Assembly: GCA_900548935.1 (NCBI GenBank) | Contig: URMR01000001.1 | Span: 1-45,759 of the forward strand | Direction: 5' to 3' | DNA length: 45,759 bases | Origin: an uncultured Collinsella sp. | GTDB lineage: Bacteria; Actinomycetota; Coriobacteriia; Coriobacteriales; Coriobacteriaceae | Shown: piece after piece, positions 28,000-39,998 of the stretch | How positions within the stretch are numbered: position 1 is the first letter of the stretch | Layout of the letters: the number at the start of each line of letters is the position of its first letter | Notes under the pieces: generated by a model | The model's input: only the letters and a program-made list of their open reading frames with translations | What the model was told of the DNA's origin: nothing | Database searches by the model: none | Translations under genes and position numbers: made by a program

Positions 28000-28894
28000 A
28001 AGAGAAAACACTGCGTCGCATGTTTTGGTCCGATTTCGCGGATTCATTCAGGCGGCGGCGACGCTGGTCACCAATATTCACCTGCCAAACTTTGCCAAAG
28101 GCGGCATCTATCAGGGCGCGGGAAAAACAGTCTGCGTACCTGGACTTAATTGCTATTCGTGCCCCGCGGCATCGGGTGCGTGCCCCATCGGGTCGTTCCA
28201 GTCGGTAGTAGGTTCATCCAAGTTCAACTTTTCTTACTACGTCACCGGTACGCTCATTTTGCTCGGCGTGCTGCTGGGGCGCTTTGTATGCGGCTTTCTG
28301 TGCCCGTTTGGCTGGCTGCAGGAGCTGCTTCACAAGATTCCCGGCAAAAAGCTTTCGACAAAAAGGCTCAAGGCGCTTACGTATATCAAATACGTTGTGC
28401 TGCTATTTGCTGTGGTATTGCTGCCTGTGCTGGTGGTTAACGACGTGGGCATGGGCGACCCGTTCTTTTGTAAGTACGTCTGTCCTCAGGGCGTGCTCGA
28501 GGGCGCCATTCCGCTGGCCATTGCCAATGCCGGCATTCGATCTGCGTTGGGACATCTCTTTACTTGGAAACTTGCCGTTCTCATTGCCGTGGTAGTACTG
28601 AGCGTTTTGTTCTACCGCCCCTTCTGCAAATGGATTTGTCCACTCGGCGCATTCTATGCGCTCATGAATAAGGTGTCCTTGTTGGGGATTCAGGTCGACG
28701 CGTGCAAATGTGTCTCGTGCGGCAAGTGCTCAAAGGTTTGTCAGATGGACGTTGATGTGGTCCGCGCGCCCAATCATGCCGAATGTATCCGGTGCGGAAA
28801 GTGCATCGGGGCCTGTCCTGTCGATGCCATCAGCTATCGCTATGGCCTGGATGTGTCGGCGGAAAAGCTTCCCTTGACCGCCGATAAAAAGTAA
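27992..28894 (+). CDS. 4Fe-4S binding membrane protein (NapH/YccM-like)
   Basis: CVPGLNCYSCP, GRFVCGFLCPFG, RPFCKWICPLG and two CxxCxxCxxxC ferredoxin motifs; TTG start inferred. Confidence 0.88.
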   Translation: MDKRENTASHVLVRFRGFIQAAATLVTNIHLPNFAKGGIYQGAGKTVCVPGLNCYSCPAASGACPIGSFQSVVGSSKFNFSYYVTGTLILLGVLLGRFVCGFLCPFGWLQELLHKIPGKKLSTKRLKALTYIKYVVLLFAVVLLPVLVVNDVGMGDPFFCKYVCPQGVLEGAIPLAIANAGIRSALGHLFTWKLAVLIAVVVLSVLFYRPFCKWICPLGAFYALMNKVSLLGIQVDACKCVSCGKCSKVCQMDVDVVRAPNHAECIRCGKCIGACPVDAISYRYGLDVSAEKLPLTADKK

Positions 28895-28923
28895 ACAAGC
28901 TTCGACAAAACGGAGGAATGACT

Positions 28924-29895
28924 ATGAAGCTTTCTAAGATTGCGGCCCTGTTTATGGTGCCGGTATTGGCCTTGTGCCTTGTGGCATGTTCGGCGCCCGG
29001 TGGCAATGTGAGCGAATCTGCGAGCTCCGATCCTAAGATCGCAGAACTCACTGCGCAGAAGCCGGCCAATGCCGACGAGGCCGCCGAGCTGTATGCGAAG
29101 CTCATGCAGAAGGAGAACGAGATCTTTTCGAGTGATAACGCGCTGTGGGAAAAGGTATTCAATGCGGCAAATAAAGACTCGGCAATGATTGAGGACGGCA
29201 GCAATTACGGCGATTTCCTGCTCAAGACCATCGACGGTGCCAAGGATGAGTTCACGGCGGATGAGCTTAAGACGCTCAAGACCGGTGCACAGCAGATCAA
29301 GGAGATTGAGGACAAGCTCGAGAGCTTGGAGAAGGAGTTCCCCGGCTGTGGAAGCACGCCGAGCGCAGGCGAGAGCGTCGACGCTTCGACCGCTGGCATG
29401 ACGGCTGGTGCCAATGCTTCGAGCGAGGCGACGAAGTTCCCCAGCTTTACGGGCAAGGACCTGGACGGCAACGACGTGAGCAGCGACGAGCTGTTCTCTA
29501 AGAACAAGGTTACCGTCATGAACTTCTGGTTCACCACTTGCAAGCCGTGCGTGGGTGAGTTGGGCGATCTTGAGAAACTGAATCAGGAGCTTGCCGAGAA
29601 GGGCGGCCAGGTCGTGGGCGTCAATTCCTTTACGCTCGATGGCAACAAGGGCGAGATTGCAGATGCCAAGGAGGTGCTGAGCAAGAAGGGCGTGACATAT
29701 AAGAACATCTGGTTCAAGTCGGATAGCGAGGCCGGTAAGTTTACGTCAAATTTGTTCTCGTTCCCGACAACGTATGTCATCGATCAGAATGGCAACATCG
29801 TAGGGGATCCAATCGTGGGAGCCATCAGCTCCGCCGAGCAGCGCGCAGCACTCGACAAGCTTATCGACCAGGCGATTGCGAATAGCGAGCAGTAG
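28924..29895 (+). CDS. TlpA-like thioredoxin-fold lipoprotein
   Basis: Lipobox LVAC, NFWFTTCKPC, FPTTYVID; GGAGG RBS. Confidence 0.88.
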   Translation: MKLSKIAALFMVPVLALCLVACSAPGGNVSESASSDPKIAELTAQKPANADEAAELYAKLMQKENEIFSSDNALWEKVFNAANKDSAMIEDGSNYGDFLLKTIDGAKDEFTADELKTLKTGAQQIKEIEDKLESLEKEFPGCGSTPSAGESVDASTAGMTAGANASSEATKFPSFTGKDLDGNDVSSDELFSKNKVTVMNFWFTTCKPCVGELGDLEKLNQELAEKGGQVVGVNSFTLDGNKGEIADAKEVLSKKGVTYKNIWFKSDSEAGKFTSNLFSFPTTYVIDQNGNIVGDPIVGAISSAEQRAALDKLIDQAIANSEQ

Positions 29896-29974
29896 AAAAC
29901 GCGTAAAGCATAGCGTGGATCGTGTGTCGCTGTGCAAAGTAGTCCGCTACCTTTCAAGATAATCTCCACCATAT

Positions 29975-30002
29975 AGAGGCCCCACTTGGGGCCTCTTTTT
30001 TG
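29975..30002 (+). terminator. Rho-independent terminator
   Basis: AGAGGCCCCA-ct-TGGGGCCTCT followed by a T run. Confidence 0.85.
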
Positions 30003-30146
30003 GGCGCCGTCCCGTTCGTTTTTTGGCGCGGTTTGTTATATTCCTCACTGGCGTCGGCAAAAAATGGGATAGAGTAGGACAAACGCGTCGAATACGAACG
30101 GCGGAGGAGAGCGGGCAGGGTGCCCGCGTGGGAGAGGTTGACGTCC

Positions 30147-33401
<3,255 letters not shown>

Positions 33402-33402
33402 T

Positions 33403-33429
33403 GTGACAAAGGGACAGTCCCTTTGTCAC
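33403..33429. repeat. REP-like palindrome with GGGACAGTCCC core
   Basis: GTGACAAAGGGAC-A-GTCCCTTTGTCAC; the same core recurs at 45681-45691. Confidence 0.8.
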
Positions 33430-33454
33430 GTTCGTTGATATGAGAGAAGAGTAG

Positions 33455-34408
33455 ATGATTCTATCGTTGGCCCCTATGGAGGGGATTACCGGGCATGTGT
33501 TCCGTCGCGTGCATGCGGAGTGCTTCGGCGCGCTCGATTGCTATTACACGCCGTTTTTGCCGCCGCCGCGGGTGGGAAACCGCTTTGGCGGCAAGGCGTT
33601 TAAGGAGATCGATCCTGCCAACAACCAGGGGCTCAACGTAGTGCCCCAGCTCATGTCCAAGAACGCGGACGAGTTTGTGTGGGCGGCACAGGTACTCGCC
33701 GACATGGGATACCGTGAGGTCAATCTTAACCTTGGCTGCCCCTCGGGAACGGTTGTCGCCAAGGGCAAGGGCTCGGGTTTCTTGCGCAATCTCGACGAGC
33801 TCGAGGTGTTCTTGAGCGATGTGTGCGAGCGGTCGCCGTTGCCGGTATCGGTCAAAACTAGGCTGGGGCTCGAGGACGACGACGAGTATGAGCGCGTGCT
33901 CGATCTGTATTGCCGCATGCCGCTGGCAGAGCTAATCGTGCATCCGCGTGTGCAAAAGGACCGCTATACGGGCTCGCCGCGCAAGGAGTTCTATGGCGAG
34001 ACTCTGGAGCGTGCGCCGTTCCCGGTTGCCTATAACGGCGACATTTTTGATCTTGAGGATATGGATGCGCTGGCGGAGGCCTATCCCGGCACACGCCATG
34101 TGATGCTGGGGCGTGGCTTGCTTGCGAACCCCGCGCTGGCTCGCATGGTTAAGGGCGGTCCTGCTGCCACGGCAACCGAACTGCAGCGTTTCCACGACAC
34201 GCTGTTTGCGGTCTATGCAGAAGAGATTGGCGGCAACGCGGTCTTTCGTATGAAGGAGTGGTGGTTCTACGCCAAGTGCGCTTTCGCCGACCCCGCTACC
34301 GTTCACAAGCTCGTACGTAAGACCAAAAAGGTCGACGAATACCGCGCCGCCGTCGAGCGGGTCTTTCGCGAGCAGCCACTCGCACCCATAGCTCGCTTCC
34401 GCGGCTAG
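33455..34408 (+). CDS. tRNA-dihydrouridine synthase family protein
   Basis: LAPMEGIT, NLNLGCPS, GKGSGFL, SVKTRLG, VHPR, YNGDI, MLGRG. Confidence 0.9.
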   Translation: MILSLAPMEGITGHVFRRVHAECFGALDCYYTPFLPPPRVGNRFGGKAFKEIDPANNQGLNVVPQLMSKNADEFVWAAQVLADMGYREVNLNLGCPSGTVVAKGKGSGFLRNLDELEVFLSDVCERSPLPVSVKTRLGLEDDDEYERVLDLYCRMPLAELIVHPRVQKDRYTGSPRKEFYGETLERAPFPVAYNGDIFDLEDMDALAEAYPGTRHVMLGRGLLANPALARMVKGGPAATATELQRFHDTLFAVYAEEIGGNAVFRMKEWWFYAKCAFADPATVHKLVRKTKKVDEYRAAVERVFREQPLAPIARFRG

Positions 34409-34409
34409 T

Positions 34410-34531
34410 TAGTCATCGGGGACGTTCTTTAGCGACTAGTCATTTAAGAACGTCCCCGATGACTACCCGCAAAAACTGTACGTCAGCATCCAAAGATGTC
34501 GAAAAATGTCGACTTTGGATGCTGGCGTACA
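34410..34531. repeat. Composite hairpin element, copy 1 (hairpin A 34410-34465 + hairpin B 34477-34531)
   Basis: TAGTCATCGGGGACGTTCTT...AAGAACGTCCCCGATGACTA, then TGTACGTCAGCATCCAAAG...CTTTGGATGCTGGCGTACA. Confidence 0.9.
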
Positions 34532-34551
34532 TGTTTGGGTTCGGAGGGTGA

Positions 34552-34818
34552 CTAGGCAATCATCGCATCGAGTGTGATGAGCTCCCTGAGTCGCTCCGTA
34601 CGTGTTTGCCCATGGCGCTTTGCTTTTGCATCAAACGCTTCAAGAACCGATTCGCCCACACGTGCCGATAAAACAACGCTTGGCTCATCAGAGATTGGTG
34701 GCCTTCCCAACTTGATGGTGCGACCTTTCGGCCACTCATCTTTTTCGTAGGCTTCCGCGGTTTTCTCCAACTCTCCGGGGGCAAACCCCATCATCTTTTC
34801 GAGCTGCTTAGCGTCCAT
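34552..34818 (-). CDS. Ribbon-helix-helix (CopG-like) protein, antitoxin-like
   Basis: GRPP followed by VVLSARVGESVLEAFDAKAKRHGQTRTERLRELI; AGGAGG RBS. Confidence 0.75.
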   Translation of the reverse strand: MDAKQLEKMMGFAPGELEKTAEAYEKDEWPKGRTIKLGRPPISDEPSVVLSARVGESVLEAFDAKAKRHGQTRTERLRELITLDAMIA

Positions 34819-35221
34819 AGCGCCTCCTATCGATCGGCATAATGTCGAGCAGAGGTCAACGGATACTCTTTTTGTATACAGTTTTGTAGACAATAATACA
34901 AACAGTTTATCAGGCTAATTAGCTTGTTTTGACCCGCGTGTTCGATAGGAAATGAGCATTGACGGCTTCGATACTCCTTTGCTTTTCAGCCTGGAATTTG
35001 GATGCTCATTGAACTTCCGGAGGGGAGTGCTTTATTAAGCTATCGAGATTCTGAGCAGGAGCTCTCACTGGTCTTCGATAATGGGACCAGCTTAATTCGC
35101 GACACAGTGTGTCGCGAATGGGAGTAGTCGTTAGGTGTCCTTCAATGACTAGTCATATAAGAACGTCCAAGTGCCGGATTTTGTCATTTAGTGTCGTCCT
35201 CAGCGGCTATTCTGGAGGGTC

Positions 35222-35451
35222 GTGGTCAAAAAAGGGCAAATATGAGTACTGTTGCCATTATAGTTGCATTTATTTTGCTATAAATAGTAGCTCCTGATGA
35301 GATTTGTTCCCATTAGGAGCTACTTTTATTGAACATATGAGGAGAAATAGCGTCGTCTACGGACGTATGGAACGTTGAATAGTTCCTGAAGTGATCAAAA
35401 TCGCTGCTACTAAACAGGTAGCAGTACTCATATTTGCCCTTTTTTGACCAC
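35222..35451. repeat. 230-bp element bounded by perfect 30-bp inverted repeats
   Basis: GTGGTCAAAAAAGGGCAAATATGAGTACTG (35222-35251) and its exact reverse complement (35422-35451) around a 170-bp AT-rich spacer. Confidence 0.9.
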
Positions 35452-35523
35452 AGCCCTCTCGGAAACCTTTCCAGAGGCGTCAAACAGCCATAATCCAAAG
35501 GTCGCCTCAAACAATTAGCCGGC

Positions 35524-35618
35524 TAAGAGCGTCCATGACTACCCAAAAGCTGTACGCCAGCATCCAAAGATGTCGAAAAATGTCGACTTTGGATGCTGGC
35601 GTACAGCTTTTGGGTAGT
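35524..35618. repeat. Composite hairpin element, copy 2 (degenerate A half + perfect 32-bp hairpin B)
   Basis: ACTACCCAAAAGCTGTACGCCAGCATCCAAAG-N17-CTTTGGATGCTGGCGTACAGCTTTTGGGTAGT (35538-35618); loop identical to copy 1. Confidence 0.9.
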
Positions 35619-35653
35619 ATGGGCTGGGGCCCTGGACGGACAGAGCGTGCGTA

Positions 35654-35899
35654 CTAGAGCAGATTCTCCTGCAGCCACGCGATGATGTCGCTCGATTCGT
35701 AGAGTGGTTTGCCGTCGATGAACAGGCAGGGAACCTGGCGTTTTCCGCCGACGGCGATGAGTGTCTGCTCGGCTTCGGTATCGGTCGATATATTGCGTTC
35801 GGGAATGGTCACGCCGTTATCGGCCAAAAAGCGCTTGACCTTTATGCAGTACGGGCAGCCGGTCATAACGTACAGCGTGAGCTCATGATCAGTAGTCAT
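35654..35899 (-). CDS. Glutaredoxin family protein
   Basis: GCPYC, QVPCLFIDG, YESSDII; GGAG RBS. Confidence 0.92.
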   Translation of the reverse strand: MTTDHELTLYVMTGCPYCIKVKRFLADNGVTIPERNISTDTEAEQTLIAVGGKRQVPCLFIDGKPLYESSDIIAWLQENLL

Positions 35900-35950
35900 A
35901 GGTCTCCAATCGGTTGCGGTTTTGATTGAAATACCCAAAGCCGCCGCGGT

Positions 35951-36778
35951 CTATGCGCGCGTCAACGACGACTCGATGGCCTGGACCAGAAACGCCGTGG
36001 CTCCGGTGCCGCAGGACTTGTCGTAGTAGCCAACAAAGCGCTGGTCGGCAAGATAGCCGTGTGCGAGGCCCAGGTACGCTTCGTTTTGGGGCTCGTGTCC
36101 CCAGTTGAGAGCAATCCAGCGACGATGCATCGCGACAAGCTTACGAGCCTCGTTGCTCTCTGGGTCGCCAATGCCCATGGCAATCGAAAGCTGGCCCAGA
36201 ACAGCGCGTTCAAGTTCCTTCATGTCGTTCCATGTCTCGGGGTCCATGTCCAGCAGCGTTTCGTTTGCCGCATCGATGGCCTCATCGCCATAGCGCGCCC
36301 GCGCCTCGGCACCGTAGTGCTCCTCGTTTTCTTGCACGGTGCGCCAGCGCTCCAGTTGCGGCAGGACGGCGCCCATGAGCGAGACGGCTTCGTCGAGCGA
36401 CATGCCGGTGTTTTGCGCCAGGCGCGGGGCACAATCCTCAATCATTGCCTCCATGGTGGTGTCATAGGTGTACTTGCCGTGGTCGTAGCACCACTTGCAG
36501 TAATGGTCGGTCGTGGCGCCCGTGGCATCGGTGCCGCAGTCGTCGGGCGTGAGTATCATGCCGCAGCTCTGGCAATAATGCTCGGGCATTTCGAGCAGGT
36601 GGGGCAGCGGCTCTCCGGTTACGGCTGCAATGAGCTTCATCATGTCGATGCCCGGGGTGACTTCGCCGCGCTCCCAACGGCTGACGGCTTGGCGTGTGAC
36701 GAAGAGCTTGGCGGCGAGCTGCTCTTGGGTAAGGTGATGAGCGCGACGGATGGCAATGAGCTTTTCTGCAAAGGCCAT
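35951..36778 (-). CDS. XRE HTH + zinc-ribbon + TipAS-like domain regulator
   Basis: LTQEQLAAKLFVTRQAVSRWERG; YCQSCGM...YCKWCY; EARARYGDEA...YLADQRFVGYYD. Confidence 0.85.
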   Translation of the reverse strand: MAFAEKLIAIRRAHHLTQEQLAAKLFVTRQAVSRWERGEVTPGIDMMKLIAAVTGEPLPHLLEMPEHYCQSCGMILTPDDCGTDATGATTDHYCKWCYDHGKYTYDTTMEAMIEDCAPRLAQNTGMSLDEAVSLMGAVLPQLERWRTVQENEEHYGAEARARYGDEAIDAANETLLDMDPETWNDMKELERAVLGQLSIAMGIGDPESNEARKLVAMHRRWIALNWGHEPQNEAYLGLAHGYLADQRFVGYYDKSCGTGATAFLVQAIESSLTRA

Positions 36779-36919
36779 AGCGGCTCCTTTCTGCTGGTTG
36801 ATGGCTTAAGCATACGCGGCGGCAGGCGCCCTTTCAAGCAACCGTTGGTTGCACGACAGGAGTCCGCGGCGAAGAATTGCGCGCAACGCCCCACGCCTCC
36901 ATGCCGTACAATGACCGGC

Positions 36920-37657
36920 ATGGAACCTATTGCACACATACATACCGACCTGCCGCAGAAGTTCGGCATCCCGCGCAACAGCTTTTTGGCGCCCCATCTG
37001 CAGGGACGAATCTTTTTTGAGCCGGAATTTGCCTCCAATGCAGCGGTTGAGGGCCTGGACTCCTTCTCTCACCTGTGGCTGCTGTGGCGCTTCGAAAACG
37101 GAACGCCCGGCGGCACGGCTAAGGATATTGCCGTCGACGCTAAAACGCAGGACAGGTCCGGCACCAACGCAAAATGGTCGAAAACCGTGCGCCCGCCGCG
37201 TCTGGGCGGAGCCGAGCGTGTGGGAGTGTTTGCCACGCGCAGTCCGTTTCGCCCTAATCCCATCGGGCTTACCTGCGTCAAGCTCGATCGTGTCGAGCTC
37301 ACCGACGATGGCCCCATCATTCATGTGCTGGGGGCCGATCTGCGCGACGGCACGCCCATCTACGACATTAAGCCCTACATTCCGTTTGCGGATTGCCACC
37401 CGGATGCGACCGGCGGCTGGATTGAGGGTGCTCCGTGGCAAGAGCTCGATGTTGAGTTCCCGCAAGCGCTTCAAGACATGGTCCCGCCCGCAAAGCTTCC
37501 CGGTCTGGTCGAGGTCCTTCGCCAAGATCCGCGCCGCGCGGGCAGCAAGCACGAGCCAAACCGCGCCTATCATCTGGCCTTCGTCGGACTCGACATATCT
37601 TTTACGGTCGATAAAACCCAGCTAACCGTAGTCGCCGTCAACGACGCGCGAGACTAA
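36920..37657 (+). CDS. tsaA: tRNA (N6-threonylcarbamoyladenosine(37)-N6)-methyltransferase TrmO/TsaA
   Basis: KFGIPR, GLDSFSHLWLLW, TVRPPRLGG, GVFATRSPFRPNPIGL, DGTPIYDIKPY, QDPR. Confidence 0.92.
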   Translation: MEPIAHIHTDLPQKFGIPRNSFLAPHLQGRIFFEPEFASNAAVEGLDSFSHLWLLWRFENGTPGGTAKDIAVDAKTQDRSGTNAKWSKTVRPPRLGGAERVGVFATRSPFRPNPIGLTCVKLDRVELTDDGPIIHVLGADLRDGTPIYDIKPYIPFADCHPDATGGWIEGAPWQELDVEFPQALQDMVPPAKLPGLVEVLRQDPRRAGSKHEPNRAYHLAFVGLDISFTVDKTQLTVVAVNDARD

Positions 37658-37769
37658 CCAACCATTCGCCCGCACCCGTCAAATTAAGCGCCAAACCCCA
37701 TGCCAAAATCGCCCACGCTGGTGGACAATAACGCCTACCAAAACAATCCACTTTGCATGGGGGCTCAGC

Positions 37770-38984
37770 ATGAAATACGACTTTAGCTCGCTTATCGACC
37801 GCCACGGCATGGACGCCATCGCCGTTGACTCCTGGGGCGAGATCCCCGGTATGGCTCCGAACGCACCCGACGAGGGCTTCGACCGCATCCCCATGTGGGT
37901 GGCCGACATGAACTTTGCCACGGTGCCCACGGTCCAGGAACACATCATTCAGCGTGCCCAGCACCCCATGTTCGGCTATTTCAATCCGCGTCCCGAGTAC
38001 TTCGATCGCATCATCGAATGGCAGAGCCGCCGCAATGGCGTCGAGGGCCTGGCACCTGAGCACATCGGCTACGAAAACGGCGTGCTGGGCGGTGTCGTGT
38101 CGACGCTGCGCGCGTATGTCCAGCCGGGCGATGCGGTGCTGGTCCACAGCCCCACCTACATCGGCTTTACCAAGTCCATCGAAGCCGCGGGCTATCGCAT
38201 TGTCCACAGCCCGCTTAAGCTCGACGAGCAGGGCGTGTGGCGCATGGACTTTGAGGACATGGAGCACAAGCTCGCCCAAAATCACATCCATGCCGCGGTG
38301 TTCTGCTCGCCGCACAATCCCTGCGGCCGCGTATGGGAGCGTGACGAGATCGAGCGCGCCATGGACATCTATCGCCAGCACGATTGCGTGGTGATCTCGG
38401 ACGAGATTTGGTCCGATATCATCCTGCCGGGACACAAGCATATCCCGACGCAGTCGGTGAGCGAGGATGCCCGCATGCGCACGGTTGCCCTCTATGCGCC
38501 GAGCAAGACGTTCAACCTGGCGGGTCTGGTCGGCAGCTACCACATTATCTACAACGAGACGCTGCGCGACCGCATGTGCGCCGTGTCCAACAAGACCCAC
38601 TACAACGAGATGAACGTCCTCTCCATGCATGCGCTTATCGGTGCCTACCAGCCGCAGGGCTACGAGTGGGTGGACGAGCTCAATCAGGTGCTTGCCGGCA
38701 ATATCGAGTACTTCTGCAATTACGTGGACGAGCATTTTGAGGGCGTGTACTATTCGCGTCCGCAGGGCACGTACATGGTGTTTCTGGACTGCACCGAGTG
38801 GTGCCGCGAGCATGGCCGCGATATTCAGTGGTTGCTCGACGAGGGGGCGCGCGTAGGCGTTGGCTACCAGGATGGCCGTCCGTTCCACGGGCCCTGCCAC
38901 ATTCGCGTGAATCTGGCGCTGCCGCTTTCGCGCGTAAAGGAAGCGTGCGACCGCCTGGACCGCTACGTTTTTAATGCACGGTAA
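37770..38984 (+). CDS. MalY/PatB-family PLP-dependent C-S lyase
   Basis: PMWVADMNF, CSPHNPCGRVW, ISDEIWSD, APSKTFNLAG. Confidence 0.93.
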   Translation: MKYDFSSLIDRHGMDAIAVDSWGEIPGMAPNAPDEGFDRIPMWVADMNFATVPTVQEHIIQRAQHPMFGYFNPRPEYFDRIIEWQSRRNGVEGLAPEHIGYENGVLGGVVSTLRAYVQPGDAVLVHSPTYIGFTKSIEAAGYRIVHSPLKLDEQGVWRMDFEDMEHKLAQNHIHAAVFCSPHNPCGRVWERDEIERAMDIYRQHDCVVISDEIWSDIILPGHKHIPTQSVSEDARMRTVALYAPSKTFNLAGLVGSYHIIYNETLRDRMCAVSNKTHYNEMNVLSMHALIGAYQPQGYEWVDELNQVLAGNIEYFCNYVDEHFEGVYYSRPQGTYMVFLDCTEWCREHGRDIQWLLDEGARVGVGYQDGRPFHGPCHIRVNLALPLSRVKEACDRLDRYVFNAR

Positions 38985-39128
38985 GTGAGCACTGCATGCG
39001 GGGTCTTCTGCCAAGCCGGCTGGAAGGCCCCACACGGTAAAGCGTCTGTAACAATTGGGTACTCGAGTGGTTTCGTTTGCTATTATCTTTAACCATTTCG
39101 GTCTGTAAACAGGATCTTCTGGAGCTCG

Positions 39129-39998
39129 ATGAAAAGACCTCGCCGCTCGGTGTCCATATCGTTGTTTGTCGCGCTTGCGGTAGCGTGTGCCTTTGTCGTA
39201 GCGATAGCCGGCTGTTCCGGGTCGAATGACAGAGCCTCGACGTCTGCATTGGAAGGTCTGGACGCCGCGCAGGCCAAAGACGACAGCCTTAAGACGCTCA
39301 ACGTTGGCAGCGACCTCTATCCACCGTTTGTGTATACCGATGAGTACGGCGATATCGTTGGCCTGGATGTCGAGATACTAACCGAGGCTTTGGCCCGCAT
39401 TGGTTACAAGCCAAAGTACCAGCTGATCGATTGGGAAAAGAAGAAAGAGCTGCTGGCGAGCGGCGAGCTCGATTGCGTCATGGGCAGCTTTAGCATGACG
39501 GGTCGCGAAAACGAGTATCGTTGGGCCGGCCCGTACCTTGCGAGCCGCCAGGTGGTCGCGGTCGATCCCCAGAGCGATATCTACACGCTTGCCGATCTTG
39601 AGGATAAGGTCGTGGCGGTCCAGTCCACCACCAAGCCCGAGGGCATTTTGCTCAATCGTACAAATGAAAACGTTCCGCAGATCAAAGAGCTCTACAGCTT
39701 TTCGGACCGCTCATACCTGAACCCGGCACTCGTCGAGGGTCTGGTCGACGCCATCGCCGCGCATGAGTCCTCGCTGCTCACCTACGAAAAAGACTATGGT
39801 GTGACGTATCGCATTTTGGATGAGCCGCTGCTAGAGGTTGGTTTGGGTACTGCTTTCGATATCAACGATATGCGCGGCATCGACGTCAAGCTCACTCATG
39901 CCTACCAAGAAATGCTTGCCGATGGCACCATGGAACGTCTGGTGTCAAAGTACTTTGATGACCCTTCGCCATTTTTGAATATGGAGGGCCTGTCATGA
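39129..39998 (+). CDS. Family 3 (amino-acid type) solute-binding lipoprotein
   Basis: Lipobox IAGC, YPPFVY, GLDVEI, W-x6-LASGELD, DGTMERLVSKYF. Confidence 0.88.
   Translation: MKRPRRSVSISLFVALAVACAFVVAIAGCSGSNDRASTSALEGLDAAQAKDDSLKTLNVGSDLYPPFVYTDEYGDIVGLDVEILTEALARIGYKPKYQLIDWEKKKELLASGELDCVMGSFSMTGRENEYRWAGPYLASRQVVAVDPQSDIYTLADLEDKVVAVQSTTKPEGILLNRTNENVPQIKELYSFSDRSYLNPALVEGLVDAIAAHESSLLTYEKDYGVTYRILDEPLLEVGLGTAFDINDMRGIDVKLTHAYQEMLADGTMERLVSKYFDDPSPFLNMEGLS

Noticed and set aside
34410..35618. Possible CRISPR array
   Set aside because: Only 2-3 irregularly spaced copies, no constant-length spacers and no cas genes
36059..36919. N-terminal extension making TsaA 532 aa
   Set aside because: Overlaps the XRE-TipAS gene antisense; TsaA homology begins at MEPIAHI (36920)
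37638..39035. 465-aa minus-strand ORF (similarly 39902-41149 and 16799-17974)
   Set aside because: Shadow ORFs opposite well-supported genes
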